From the NCBI GenBank assembly GCA_050872785.1, contig JBNMHO010000005.1:919-64918 (forward strand): a DNA stretch of 64,000 bases, written 5' to 3'. Source of the DNA: Clostridia bacterium. Its GTDB lineage: Bacteria > Bacillota > Clostridia > Christensenellales > UBA1242. The translations under genes were made by a program, and so were the position numbers. How positions within the stretch are numbered: the stretch's first letter is position 1; each line of letters begins with the position of its first letter. The notes beneath the pieces were generated by a model, which did no database searches, was not told the origin of the DNA, and was given only the letters and a program-made list of their open reading frames with translations. Below, piece by piece: positions 1 to 8,542 of this stretch.

Positions 1-187
1 AATTATGGACTGTTCCATCTGGATGCTCAGTATGATGACCGACTTCACGACCATTTACTTTAGTTTGTTCCACATAGTCTATTCCACCATTATCCCTTTC
101 ATAAACAACCTGATTGACCTCGACGCTATTACCGTTCTCATCTGTATATGAGTTTGAAACTTTGTAATAATCACCTGATTTACCCAT
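1..187 (-). CDS. hypothetical protein, N-terminal fragment running off the left edge
   Basis: ATG at 187 lies 7 nt downstream of GGAGGG (195-200). The frame stays open to position 1 (MGKSGDYYKVSNSYTDENGNSVEVNQVVYERDNGG...). No family recognised. Confidence 0.4.
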   Translation of the reverse strand, partial: MGKSGDYYKVSNSYTDENGNSVEVNQVVYERDNGGIDYVEQTKVNGREVGHHTEHPDGTVHN

Positions 188-244
188 TTTTTAACCCTCC
201 TTATTTAAATTCTATATTAAATGAAATAAAAAGTCAAGCATTGA

Positions 245-283
245 TTAAAAGTAAAGAAAAACATCACACAAAGTGATGTTTTT
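245..283 (-). terminator. rho-independent terminator downstream of rnj
   Basis: 10-bp stem AAAACATCAC/GTGATGTTTT (258-267 / 273-282) directly after the rnj stop codon, followed by a U-rich tract on the minus strand. Confidence 0.55.
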
Positions 284-285
284 CT

Positions 286-1947
286 CTATTCCGTTTCCAC
301 AATGACACTTATAATAACTGGTTTACGTTTGGTGTGTTTGAAGAAGAAGTTTGTCGAAATTTTGCGAATGTTAACTCGAATTTCCGTTTTATCCATAGAT
401 TTTAGGTCAAGTTCGTTTAGTTTTTCATAAATAAACTCTTTTGCGTCTTTTATAATGTCACTTGCTTCGTCTTGATAGACAAATCCACGAGAGATAACAT
501 CTGGCTCTTTTACAATTCTGCCCGACCTTGAAGACAATGCCACAACAACCACACACACGCCGTCTTGCGACAAAAGAAGTCGGTCACGGATAACATTGCT
601 GTCTTTTTCGCCAAGTCCTGTGCCGTCAATAAGCACACTTCCCGCTTGCACCATGCCAGCAACTTTAATTGTGTCTGGTGTCATTTCCACTTGCATTCCC
701 AGTTCTGGAATAATTATATTTCTTTCTTTCATCCCCAGTTCTTTTGCAAGCATTTGGTGGTTTTTAAGGTGTCTATATTCCCCATGCACTGGTATAAAGA
801 ATTTAGGTTTTACAAGTGAGTGCAAAATTTTAAGTTCTTCTTTGTAAGCGTGGCCAGAAGCGTGAACATCTGCAAGTTCGTTGTAGATAACTTTGCAACC
901 CTTTCTGTAAAGCACATTTATAAGGTTATTTATAGCCTTTTCGTTGCCAGGAATTGGTGAAGACGACAAAATGACGACATCATTATCTCCGAGTTTAACT
1001 TTTGGGAAGTTGTCTGACGCAATTCTTGTAAGCGCACTCATTGCCTCGCCTTGAGAGCCAGTGGAAATGATAATAAGTTCCTTATCTTCAAAAGTGTCCA
1101 CCTTGTCAATGTCAACAATAATGTCCTTGTCGCATTTAAGTTCGCCAAGTTTAATAGCCATGTCGCTAACATTGACCATGCTTCTGCCCGTAAAGGCAAT
1201 TTTTCTTCCATATTTTTTTGCACAATCAATAATTTGTTGCAATCTGTGAATGTTTGAAGCAAATGTTGCAATGAGAATTCTTTGAGTTTTAAGTTTGCCC
1301 AAAAGTTCGTCAAAAGTCTTTCCGACCACAGATTCACTCATAGAAAAGCCTTCTCTTTCCACATTTGTGCTGTCGCTCATAAGAAGTGTAACACCCCTTT
1401 TGCCCACTTCTGCAAGACGTTTTAAATCGCATACATCATTGCCCACTGGCGTAAAGTCAATTTTAAAGTCGCCCGTATGCACAACAACGCCCGCTGGAGT
1501 GGTAATAACAAGTGCAAATGCCCCAGGGATAGAGTGTGTAACTGACACAAATTCCACTTTAAAATTCCCCGCCACAACAACAGTTCCGGGCTTAACTGGC
1601 TTCATAATAACGCCAGATTTTTTTGATTCTTTAAGTTTGTTTTCAATAAGCCCAAGTGACACTCTGCTTCCATAAATTGGGGTTTTTATTCTATCCAAAA
1701 AGTAAGGAATAGCACCGATGTGATCCTCGTGTCCGTGAGTGATAAACAACCCACGCATTTTAGATTTATTTTTCTCAAGATATGTTAGGTCTTGCACCAC
1801 TTGGTCAACACCAGGCATATCTTCGTCTGGGAAAGATTGACCAGCATCAACAACAATCATGTCCTTGCCATATTCAAAAGCAGTCATGTTTTTGCCGATT
1901 TCGCCAATTCCACCCAAAAAAGTAATTTTTAATTTTTCGTTATCCAT
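286..1947 (-). CDS. rnj: ribonuclease J (metallo-beta-lactamase / beta-CASP RNase)
   Basis: HGHEDHIG zinc motif, beta-CASP-like layout and ~553 aa length. The likely start is ATG 1947 (MDNEKLKITFLGG) behind AGGAG; the ORF-track start at 1965 is probably an upstream extension. Confidence 0.9.
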   Translation of the reverse strand: MDNEKLKITFLGGIGEIGKNMTAFEYGKDMIVVDAGQSFPDEDMPGVDQVVQDLTYLEKNKSKMRGLFITHGHEDHIGAIPYFLDRIKTPIYGSRVSLGLIENKLKESKKSGVIMKPVKPGTVVVAGNFKVEFVSVTHSIPGAFALVITTPAGVVVHTGDFKIDFTPVGNDVCDLKRLAEVGKRGVTLLMSDSTNVEREGFSMSESVVGKTFDELLGKLKTQRILIATFASNIHRLQQIIDCAKKYGRKIAFTGRSMVNVSDMAIKLGELKCDKDIIVDIDKVDTFEDKELIIISTGSQGEAMSALTRIASDNFPKVKLGDNDVVILSSSPIPGNEKAINNLINVLYRKGCKVIYNELADVHASGHAYKEELKILHSLVKPKFFIPVHGEYRHLKNHQMLAKELGMKERNIIIPELGMQVEMTPDTIKVAGMVQAGSVLIDGTGLGEKDSNVIRDRLLLSQDGVCVVVVALSSRSGRIVKEPDVISRGFVYQDEASDIIKDAKEFIYEKLNELDLKSMDKTEIRVNIRKISTNFFFKHTKRKPVIISVIVETE

Positions 1948-2112
1948 TTTTTCTCCTTGTAGCAATTTGCATTAAAATTAAAGGTGACAACGCACCCAAC
2001 AAAACAGAATTTTTTGCAACAAAAAGTTGCCTGTTTTTAAAAAAACATTTTTCTTGTGTATTTAACATACATTTTACGTGTATTTTAGCCAAATTTTGTG
2101 CCAATGGCAGAA

Positions 2113-3057
2113 TTAAATCAAATTCTTCATTTTTTCTATATTGTCTTGTTCTTCAAATCTTTTTGGCGAAATAAACATGTCTGGATAGACATAAAATCTC
2201 ATGCCTTGAGTTGAGAAGAAACTGACCATTTGGAACACCACAAACATAAATGCAGTGGCTGGAATGGTGACAACAAGTGCAACAGAAAGTGTAAACACCG
2301 CACAAAGAAGGTTTATTACAATAGCCAAAATTACAAGCAAAAGTGAAGTTGAAAATATGTTCCAGAAGTTGCGGAAAACACATGAGAAGTTTTGTGACAG
2401 TGCAGAAGCCACGTTCTTGTCAAGAACAGCAATAGAAGGCATCCAGCAAGAAAACAGTGCTTGTTTTAGGGCAAGTGTCACAATTACAAGTGCAAACACC
2501 CAAACTGACAAAAGTGCATATCTAATGTCCCCCGCCGAGGCAAACTTAATGGTGTAGTAAATTCCGCCCAAAGCTACCACATTGAACACCAACACAACAC
2601 AATATCTTAGCATGCTATAAAGCACACTTTTCCCAATGTTTTTGATGTATCTTCCTGTCCAGTTATATTTCACTTGGCTTGTCATAAAGCCATACAAAAC
2701 TTCACCCGATGCCAGTTGAGCAAAGTCGAGCGTAAGTGGGAAAATAAACAATGTCCACACGCCAAGAAAAATGTAGTTGAAACGAAATTGAATGTTTGTT
2801 GTAAGCACTTCCCCAACTCTTTGAAAAAGTTGCTCAAAAGTTGCAGCAGACGCTTGAAGCGGTTTAGAAAACAACCCACCAAACGCTTGACCAAATTCCA
2901 CAAAAATTTGTGCTTCTACAAGTTTTGCAATAATTGGACTTGCCAAAAAGTAGCACACACAAAAACTAAGGCTTATGCAAATTACATAATACAAAAGAAC
3001 TTTCCAAACATTAGAAAAGTTGGTTAGCAGAAGTCTAATCGTATTCCTAAAAATCAT
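2113..3057 (-). CDS. polytopic integral membrane protein, unknown function
   Basis: 314 aa with about 7-8 hydrophobic helices. It has its own upstream AT-rich region. No motif recognised. Confidence 0.6.
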   Translation of the reverse strand: MIFRNTIRLLLTNFSNVWKVLLYYVICISLSFCVCYFLASPIIAKLVEAQIFVEFGQAFGGLFSKPLQASAATFEQLFQRVGEVLTTNIQFRFNYIFLGVWTLFIFPLTLDFAQLASGEVLYGFMTSQVKYNWTGRYIKNIGKSVLYSMLRYCVVLVFNVVALGGIYYTIKFASAGDIRYALLSVWVFALVIVTLALKQALFSCWMPSIAVLDKNVASALSQNFSCVFRNFWNIFSTSLLLVILAIVINLLCAVFTLSVALVVTIPATAFMFVVFQMVSFFSTQGMRFYVYPDMFISPKRFEEQDNIEKMKNLI

Positions 3058-3310
3058 TTTTAATCCTTTATTGCCCTAGGGCAAGTATATTTATAATTGT
3101 GAAATTTCAGTTGTCAAGAGTGACGCCAAACGGCGAAATAACATTTAACTTTATACAAATTGCTTTGTTTTTTTCAACTAACGAACATATTATATCCAAA
3201 AAAAATTATTTTTGCAAGAGATTTTTTCGCTTTATCATATATAAATAAGAAAATTTTTCATTTTTTATTCCAAAATAATCATTTTTCTCCATTTTTGCGG
3301 TCAATGTCAT

Positions 3311-3345
3311 AAAAAAAGAAGCACAACTTTTGGTCATGCTTCTTT
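3311..3345 (-). terminator. rho-independent terminator closing the phage-like late/lysis operon
   Basis: Stem AAGAAGCA/TGCTTCTT (3317-3323 / 3337-3343) followed by a U7 run on the minus strand, 15 nt after the stop of the 105-aa gene. Confidence 0.6.
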
Positions 3346-3358
3346 AACAATACTTATT

Positions 3359-3676
3359 TTATTCAGTGATTTTATTTTTAGAGGTTTTTTCATCTTTTTT
3401 AGTTTTTTCTTTTGTAGATTTCTTTTCTTTTGTAATTTCTTCAGCGGCTTCCTCGCCTGCAAGTTTCTCAGCAATCATATCCTTAATTTCCTCGTCACTT
3501 CGCCCTGTGTCATTTTTCAAAATGCCAAAGCAGCACAAAATGCACAAAACAATGCTCACGCAGTCAATAAGGATACTCATAGGCAAGTCAACGCCAAAAT
3601 TTTTGCAAAGTGCTTGCACAATTCCAATTATGCCGCAGCAAATTGCAATCCAGAAAACAAGGGATTTTTTCTTCAT
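3359..3676 (-). CDS. holin-like small membrane protein (two TM helices plus a highly charged K/E-rich C-terminal tail)
   Basis: 105 aa with the MKKK-TM-loop-TM-charged-tail architecture typical of class II holins. Its start overlaps the stop of the upstream BhlA-like gene (ATGA). Confidence 0.45.
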   Translation of the reverse strand: MKKKSLVFWIAICCGIIGIVQALCKNFGVDLPMSILIDCVSIVLCILCCFGILKNDTGRSDEEIKDMIAEKLAGEEAAEEITKEKKSTKEKTKKDEKTSKNKITE

Positions 3677-3891
3677 TTCTTTTGCCCCCTATAACCTATT
3701 TTAAGGTGAATGTTTTTCACCTCCTCACGAATATCTTCCACCACGTCCAAATGTTCATTGAGTTTGTAAATTGTTTGTTGATACTTCTTTTCTCTTGAAG
3801 CGCTATCCCTAAGTTGATAGACCAAAAGAGCAACAAACAACACCGCCCAAAGTCCATTTGCCAGTGCAAGTTTAAAAATTTCTTCCCACAT
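3673..3891 (-). CDS. BhlA/UviB-family holin-like protein
   Basis: 72 aa with an N-terminal single TM (LANGLWAVLFVALLVYQL) followed by RDSASREKKYQQTIYKLNEHLDVVEDI. This resembles the BhlA/UviB pattern (TM, then K.S.ERE.KL..I.. coiled tail) and sits at the end of a phage structural operon. Confidence 0.6.
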   Translation of the reverse strand: MWEEIFKLALANGLWAVLFVALLVYQLRDSASREKKYQQTIYKLNEHLDVVEDIREEVKNIHLKIGYRGQKK

Positions 3892-3977
3892 ATCTTATTC
3901 CAAAAAGGATCTTCTTGAATTCCTGCTTAATTTTCTTTTCATCAATAATCTTTCTTTTTGTCACTTTGCGGGGTTTC

Positions 3978-5411
3978 TTAGCCATCATTTCTCACCCTAA
4001 ACACCATTTCAACATCTCTTTGTGCCACAAGGTTATCCGTTCCAGAAAGGGTTATCCAAAACTTTTTCCCAGGCAGTTTGCAGTAATATTTTCTGTTTGG
4101 AGTGTTATCCTTCACCTCAAATTGCCTAAAGCCCTCATCAGAGCAAACTTTTAGTGTCATTCCCTCGCCCACGCCAAGATAAATTTCATCAAGAATTTTC
4201 TTCTTGCCGCAAGAGCCTAAGTCAATGTCCGCACTTTCATAAAGTCTATCCATAATAATGCCATAAAACGTGCCACTGTCGTCAATTTGATACAACATTC
4301 TGTCGTCATCAACAAGCAAAACAAGTCTGCTTGAGCCTTTGTCGCACACAGCCATAAGACTTCTTATGTCATAGCCTTTCATAATGCTATATGAGTAGTC
4401 GTCAAGGTTAATTTCGACCAAAGCATTATTCTTCTTTGTGTCCGTTTCGCCAAAGTCAAATTTCATAGCAATATACAACTTGCCTTCATACGCCTCGCTT
4501 ATTGCATAACTTTGGTCAACGTCTTGAATTTTCTCCTCAAAGCCCATCGGAATTTTTTTAACTTCATATCCGTCAGTGCAATAAAGCCCGTCTTGTGCCA
4601 AGAAATAGACCATGTCTTTCACCTTTATAACAGTGTCCGCATAAATCTTACTTCCAGAAACAAGCACGCTGTTTATTGTCGTCATTGAAATGACTCTTGG
4701 AATCTCCACCCTAACAATTTCATAATCACCAATGCAAAGTAGCCCATTGTCCAGTGGAACAAGCATCCTCATCTGCCCTTTGCTTTTGTGAAGGTTAATT
4801 TCTCCAAGGTCAGCAGTGTCGCTCCAGTCAAAAAGTTTTGCTTCTTTGGTATATTTTAGAAGTCCGTCATCGGTGTTGCACAAGCCAAAAAGCCTTTCGT
4901 TGTAGTAGCAAATGGAGCAGAACTTTGTGCCACGTGCGGCGATCTGTGGGGTTGTGCTATTTTCAAAATAGACAAGATCGTCAGAAGTGACACAAAACAT
5001 TGCCCCGTCTTTGTCCCCCCAACTAAAAGTGCTAAAGCAAGGCGTCATTCCAAAGGGATAGTCAAGAAGTTTTATGTAATCTCTATCGTTGTCAAACAAA
5101 TCAAAAGCATACAACTTATTGTCAACCCCCCAGCAAAACATTACATATTTCCTCTCGCCCGATGTAGCGTCCCGATAACTATATTTCCAAATCTTTTTTA
5201 GTTTGCAAGGAGGTTGGATAACTTCAAGTGGCGTTTTAAGATTGATATTTTGTGGCAAAGTGAATCTTGTTGTCCCGTTTGCACAAACAAGTTTATCATT
5301 TTTCATTTTGATGTTGTAGCATGTTTTTGCAAGCCCAGGGCTTTTGTCCGAGCCTGCATATTTTGTCGAAAGTTTAAAATTAAGCCGTTTGACCGAAAAC
5401 ATCTTACTCAT
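3978..5411 (-). CDS. phage-island structural orphan in the tail/nozzle position, beta-rich and unknown
   Basis: The likely start is ATG 5411, overlapping the upstream stop as TAATG, with AGGTGG upstream. About 477 aa with repeated beta-strand-like segments (LYAFD, LVYFE, LFGLC, LLCIG, VYFLAQDGLYCTDG, LYIAM). No catalytic motif recognised. Confidence 0.55.
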   Translation of the reverse strand: MSKMFSVKRLNFKLSTKYAGSDKSPGLAKTCYNIKMKNDKLVCANGTTRFTLPQNINLKTPLEVIQPPCKLKKIWKYSYRDATSGERKYVMFCWGVDNKLYAFDLFDNDRDYIKLLDYPFGMTPCFSTFSWGDKDGAMFCVTSDDLVYFENSTTPQIAARGTKFCSICYYNERLFGLCNTDDGLLKYTKEAKLFDWSDTADLGEINLHKSKGQMRMLVPLDNGLLCIGDYEIVRVEIPRVISMTTINSVLVSGSKIYADTVIKVKDMVYFLAQDGLYCTDGYEVKKIPMGFEEKIQDVDQSYAISEAYEGKLYIAMKFDFGETDTKKNNALVEINLDDYSYSIMKGYDIRSLMAVCDKGSSRLVLLVDDDRMLYQIDDSGTFYGIIMDRLYESADIDLGSCGKKKILDEIYLGVGEGMTLKVCSDEGFRQFEVKDNTPNRKYYCKLPGKKFWITLSGTDNLVAQRDVEMVFRVRNDG

Positions 5412-6037
5412 TATTTCAACCACCTTTTAGCCGGCATAATGTTTCGGCGGTTGTCAATTTTGTCCGCCTCCTCAAGATAACGCTTCCTTATAACCTCCGC
5501 CTCGTCAAAACTTCCTATCATATATAAATATTCGCTTGCCGTTCCAAGAGCCAGCACAATGTCCGTCACCTTCCCAAACAAAAAGTCAACATTCCCAAGT
5601 GGGTTTTGCTTTGGTGGAATGTAGGAATAGACCAAAGTCACTTTGCCGGGCTTATCAATTTCAAGTATGCCATCTGGCTTTATCTTGAATGGAATTTTTT
5701 TCCCGTCACGCAAAACATAATACACCTTCACCATGTCAGAAAGCATATACACAGCATATTGATTGGTTTTAAAGTCAATCTCTTTTTCCTTTTTCAAAAC
5801 AAACTTATCCGTGCAAATGCTTCTTAACGCCACATTAAACGCTTCAGTAAGTTTGTTAAAAAGTTTTGTGGTCTGTGGGTCAATGGTAACAAGCAAAGTA
5901 GTGGTGCTTGCAAAAATATTCCCCGTTTGTGGGTCATAACGACTAATGTTGCCTTTGAAGTATTCAAACAAATCATTCAACTCCGACTCTATGCCACAAT
6001 AATAACTAGCAGTCTTTAAAATATCAACAACATCCAT
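5411..6037 (-). CDS. phage-island orphan (possible head-tail adaptor by position)
   Basis: 208 aa, co-oriented and tightly packed two genes downstream of the MCP. Nothing supports the call beyond position. Confidence 0.5.
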   Translation of the reverse strand: MDVVDILKTASYYCGIESELNDLFEYFKGNISRYDPQTGNIFASTTTLLVTIDPQTTKLFNKLTEAFNVALRSICTDKFVLKKEKEIDFKTNQYAVYMLSDMVKVYYVLRDGKKIPFKIKPDGILEIDKPGKVTLVYSYIPPKQNPLGNVDFLFGKVTDIVLALGTASEYLYMIGSFDEAEVIRKRYLEEADKIDNRRNIMPAKRWLK

Positions 6038-6086
6038 TTATTCTTTTCCTTTTAATCAAAATTTTTTGCAGGTCGTTGCAACTTCC

Positions 6087-6464
6087 CTATATCCACCTTG
6101 TGGTATCACACTTAGAGAAGTCACAGTCCCGCTTTGTTTTTTCCAAAAACCTAAGGCGTTCGGACAAAAGAAGTTTGCTTTTTGCACTTATCAAGTCCGA
6201 GGCTTTTTTCTCCAAAGTGGCATTGGTTTTGTCAATATCTGCAACAATTTTCTTTGCAAATCTAACATTTGTCCTTTGAGATTTATCAAGCACGCTTTTG
6301 TCAAGTTTGCCGTCAACAGAAAAAGCAAATTCCCGCCCGTCAAACACAACAAATTTTCTGCCTATTTTGTCCCAAAAAATCTTGTATCCACTATGAATTT
6401 TTTTAAGCCTAGTTTCAATGCCAAACAAATCGTTTTTCACTCTTTTTAAATGTTTAAAGTTCAC
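6087..6464 (-). CDS. phage-island small basic protein, unknown
   Basis: 125 aa with a GTG start at 6464, 23 nt after the MCP stop. Lys/Arg-rich. Confidence 0.45.
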   Translation of the reverse strand: MNFKHLKRVKNDLFGIETRLKKIHSGYKIFWDKIGRKFVVFDGREFAFSVDGKLDKSVLDKSQRTNVRFAKKIVADIDKTNATLEKKASDLISAKSKLLLSERLRFLEKTKRDCDFSKCDTTRWI

Positions 6465-6487
6465 TTCTTTTTCCCGCCTTTAGTCAG

Positions 6488-7654
6488 TTATTTTACAATG
6501 TTGCAAACTTTTCCTTGTGCAGATGGTCTGTCGCAAATGAGTTCAGCATATTTTACAAGAGTTGCAGAATATGTTGGAGTTTTTGCACTTGGAATAAGAA
6601 TATTGCCGTTTTCTCCTTCAAGCCATTCCCAATCGCAAAGTTGGTGCATATTGAAGTCTTTTGTGTTAAGAAGATACATTGTGCCGTCATCGACAAATCT
6701 TTCAAACACAACAGGAATTCCAGCATAAGTCATAGCCTTGTATCCGCCAGCAAGAGTTGCAACGTCAATATTTCTTTTGCTTGCAGCAAGATAACCTTGA
6801 TACAAGTTTCTCACATCACCAGCCATAGCAATAAAGTCAACTTGGCTTCCAGTTTCTTCTTCAATGTAGTTTAGCGCCTTTTGAATAAGGACATCAGACA
6901 TTGAAGCTTCTGATGAGTTTTCGTCAACATAAGGATAAAGCCATTTATAAGCACTTCTGTCAACGCCATAAAGCACTTTGTTTGCGTCAGTTGTGTCAAA
7001 AATTCTCTTTATGCCGGTGATTTCGTTGTCTTTTGAGCCAGCAGCATAAATCTTATCACCATTTGCAAATGTAATGCTATCAGCAAATGTAACAGTCTTG
7101 TTGCGTCTGTCAACATATGTAACAGTTGTTGTTTTAACACTTGAACCACTGTAAATGTCAACTCTCATTCCTTCAACAAAGTTCTTGACAGAACTGAAAG
7201 TTGTTGTAGTTTTTGTGTCGTTAGTTGTAACTGTAACAGTTGCAAGAAGCCCAGTGCCGTCACCATAGACCATTCGTCCAAGGTTAAAGCAACTTGACTT
7301 AATAAGACTTTCCATTTCATCATTCAAAAGATTGACAAATGCCCCGGTGTCGCTCATACTTGCTCTAATTGCCTTGTCTGAGAGTGCTATTGTGCCATAA
7401 AGGTTTTTAAGGTCTGTTTTAAATTGCAAAAATTTGTGGCCAGCAGATTCTGGAAGTTCGCCAGTTTCGCTTGAAGCACAAATGCCGCCATTAAGTCCAA
7501 ATGGAGCAAGTTTGATTATTTCCTTGCCATAGACGTCTTTGTTTGTTTGTTTAATTTTTGACATCAAAGCGTTAGAATTGATGTTAAGTTGTTCTGCAAG
7601 AACATTAAGATAAACTGATTTGAGTGCGTTTTGCGCGCTAGATAATGTAACCAT
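6488..7654 (-). CDS. phage major capsid protein (presumed HK97-fold)
   Basis: 388 aa directly after the acidic scaffold-like gene, in the portal-scaffold-capsid order. AAGGAG RBS. Size and composition are typical of MCPs. The fold is not verified. Confidence 0.7.
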   Translation of the reverse strand: MVTLSSAQNALKSVYLNVLAEQLNINSNALMSKIKQTNKDVYGKEIIKLAPFGLNGGICASSETGELPESAGHKFLQFKTDLKNLYGTIALSDKAIRASMSDTGAFVNLLNDEMESLIKSSCFNLGRMVYGDGTGLLATVTVTTNDTKTTTTFSSVKNFVEGMRVDIYSGSSVKTTTVTYVDRRNKTVTFADSITFANGDKIYAAGSKDNEITGIKRIFDTTDANKVLYGVDRSAYKWLYPYVDENSSEASMSDVLIQKALNYIEEETGSQVDFIAMAGDVRNLYQGYLAASKRNIDVATLAGGYKAMTYAGIPVVFERFVDDGTMYLLNTKDFNMHQLCDWEWLEGENGNILIPSAKTPTYSATLVKYAELICDRPSAQGKVCNIVK

Positions 7655-7685
7655 AATAGATTATTCTCCTTAATTTTTTTAATTT

Positions 7686-8291
7686 TTATTTTTTGTTATT
7701 GTTTTTTAATAGGTCTTTTGCCAAAACTTCTGCCTCTGCAAGGGTCTTTGGCTTAGAAGCGGGAGCAAATGCCACAGCACTTCCCTTGTCGCTTCCAATA
7801 AGTTTTGGTGAAACAGGCAACACATTTTCGTCAAAGAACTTGGCAACAACATAGTCACGCAAGTCAGCGTTTTGCATTACATATTCCTTCAAAGATTCCT
7901 TCTTTTCTTCTTCGGTCAAAACTTCCTCGTGAATTTTATTTTCACAAGTGTCAGAAGAAGTTTCTTCCGTCACCCTTTCACTTTCGGGTGAAAATCTATC
8001 TCTTGGACGTGAACCTTCGGGTGAAGATTTCTCTTCATTGTCCGAGTTTCCGTCCTTCAAAGACATTTTTTCATTGTCCTCAAGTTTTTTCTGCAAGGCG
8101 GATAAAAGTTGACACTTCCTTGTATATTCGCCATGCAAATTGTTATAGGCAACAAAAAGAGCCTTAGGGTCTTTAAACTTGCCCAAATCATTGGAGCCTG
8201 ATGTTTCTGTCCCTCCTTTTTCAAATATTTCCACATCTCCGTCCGAGGTCAAAACCTTGTCAGGTTGTTCCAATCTTTCTTCATTTTCCAT
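7686..8291 (-). CDS. scaffolding-like protein (acidic, helical/disordered)
   Basis: 201 aa, very E/D/K/S-rich, located between portal and MCP. Confidence 0.5.
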   Translation of the reverse strand: MENEERLEQPDKVLTSDGDVEIFEKGGTETSGSNDLGKFKDPKALFVAYNNLHGEYTRKCQLLSALQKKLEDNEKMSLKDGNSDNEEKSSPEGSRPRDRFSPESERVTEETSSDTCENKIHEEVLTEEEKKESLKEYVMQNADLRDYVVAKFFDENVLPVSPKLIGSDKGSAVAFAPASKPKTLAEAEVLAKDLLKNNNKK

Positions 8292-8370
8292 TTTTTTTAT
8301 TTCCTTTTAAATATTATATTTTCCTAAAAAGTGCATTTCCGCACCTTTCTTGCAAATTTAATTTGTCCAC

Positions 8371-8532
8371 AATGCAACACAGTTGCCAATCAAACTGCCT
8401 CGCAGAGCCAACAATGCAACGAATGTTGCTATCATGCCACCTAAAAGGGCTATGTCCACATTCGTGGACGAGTCCCTTAAGGGGGCTATCATGTTACGAA
8501 GTGACTATAATGCAACGCAGTTGCTATCATGC
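8371..8532 (-). repeat. three copies of a ~24-bp unit containing the inverted repeat GCAAC-N3/4-GTTGC, within a 250-bp noncoding spacer
   Basis: Plus-strand copies are AATGCAACacaGTTGCC (8371-8387), AATGCAACgaatGTTGCTATCATGCC (8413-8438) and AATGCAACgcaGTTGCTATCATGC (8509-8532). There is an extra GCTATCATG at 8485-8493, a hairpin GTCCAC-attc-GTGGAC at 8454-8469 and a palindrome CCCTTAAGGG at 8474-8483. Confidence 0.85.
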
Positions 8533-8542
8533 AAAAGCCTTG

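Noticed and set aside
3216-3250. Possible att-like imperfect direct repeat: AGATTTTTTCGCTTTATCATATAT on the left (3216-3250) versus AGATTTTCGCCTTATTATATAT on the right (13637-13667) of the island.
   Set aside because: The match is short, imperfect and almost pure A/T in AT-rich intergenic DNA, so chance similarity is likely. No integrase is present to support an att interpretation.
3872-3988. 38-aa highly basic small ORF (MMAKKPRKVTKRKIIDEKKIKQEF...) filling the gap between the 481-aa gene and the BhlA-like holin.
   Set aside because: It has only a weak RBS-like GGGTGAG and overlaps the holin start out of frame. Lys-rich ORFs arise easily in A-rich spacers. No conservation evidence is available, so it is not reported as a gene.
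8358-8492. 44-aa minus-strand ORF (MIAPLRDSSTNVDIALLGGMIATFVALLALRGSLIGNCVALWTN) inside the portal-scaffold spacer. The ATGATAGCAAC repeats supply its Met-Ile-Ala codons.
   Set aside because: No usable Shine-Dalgarno sits at a proper distance from either ATG (AGGTGG is only 1 nt from the internal ATG). The repeats are better explained as DNA or RNA elements. It is kept as an alternative in the finding for 8292-8542.
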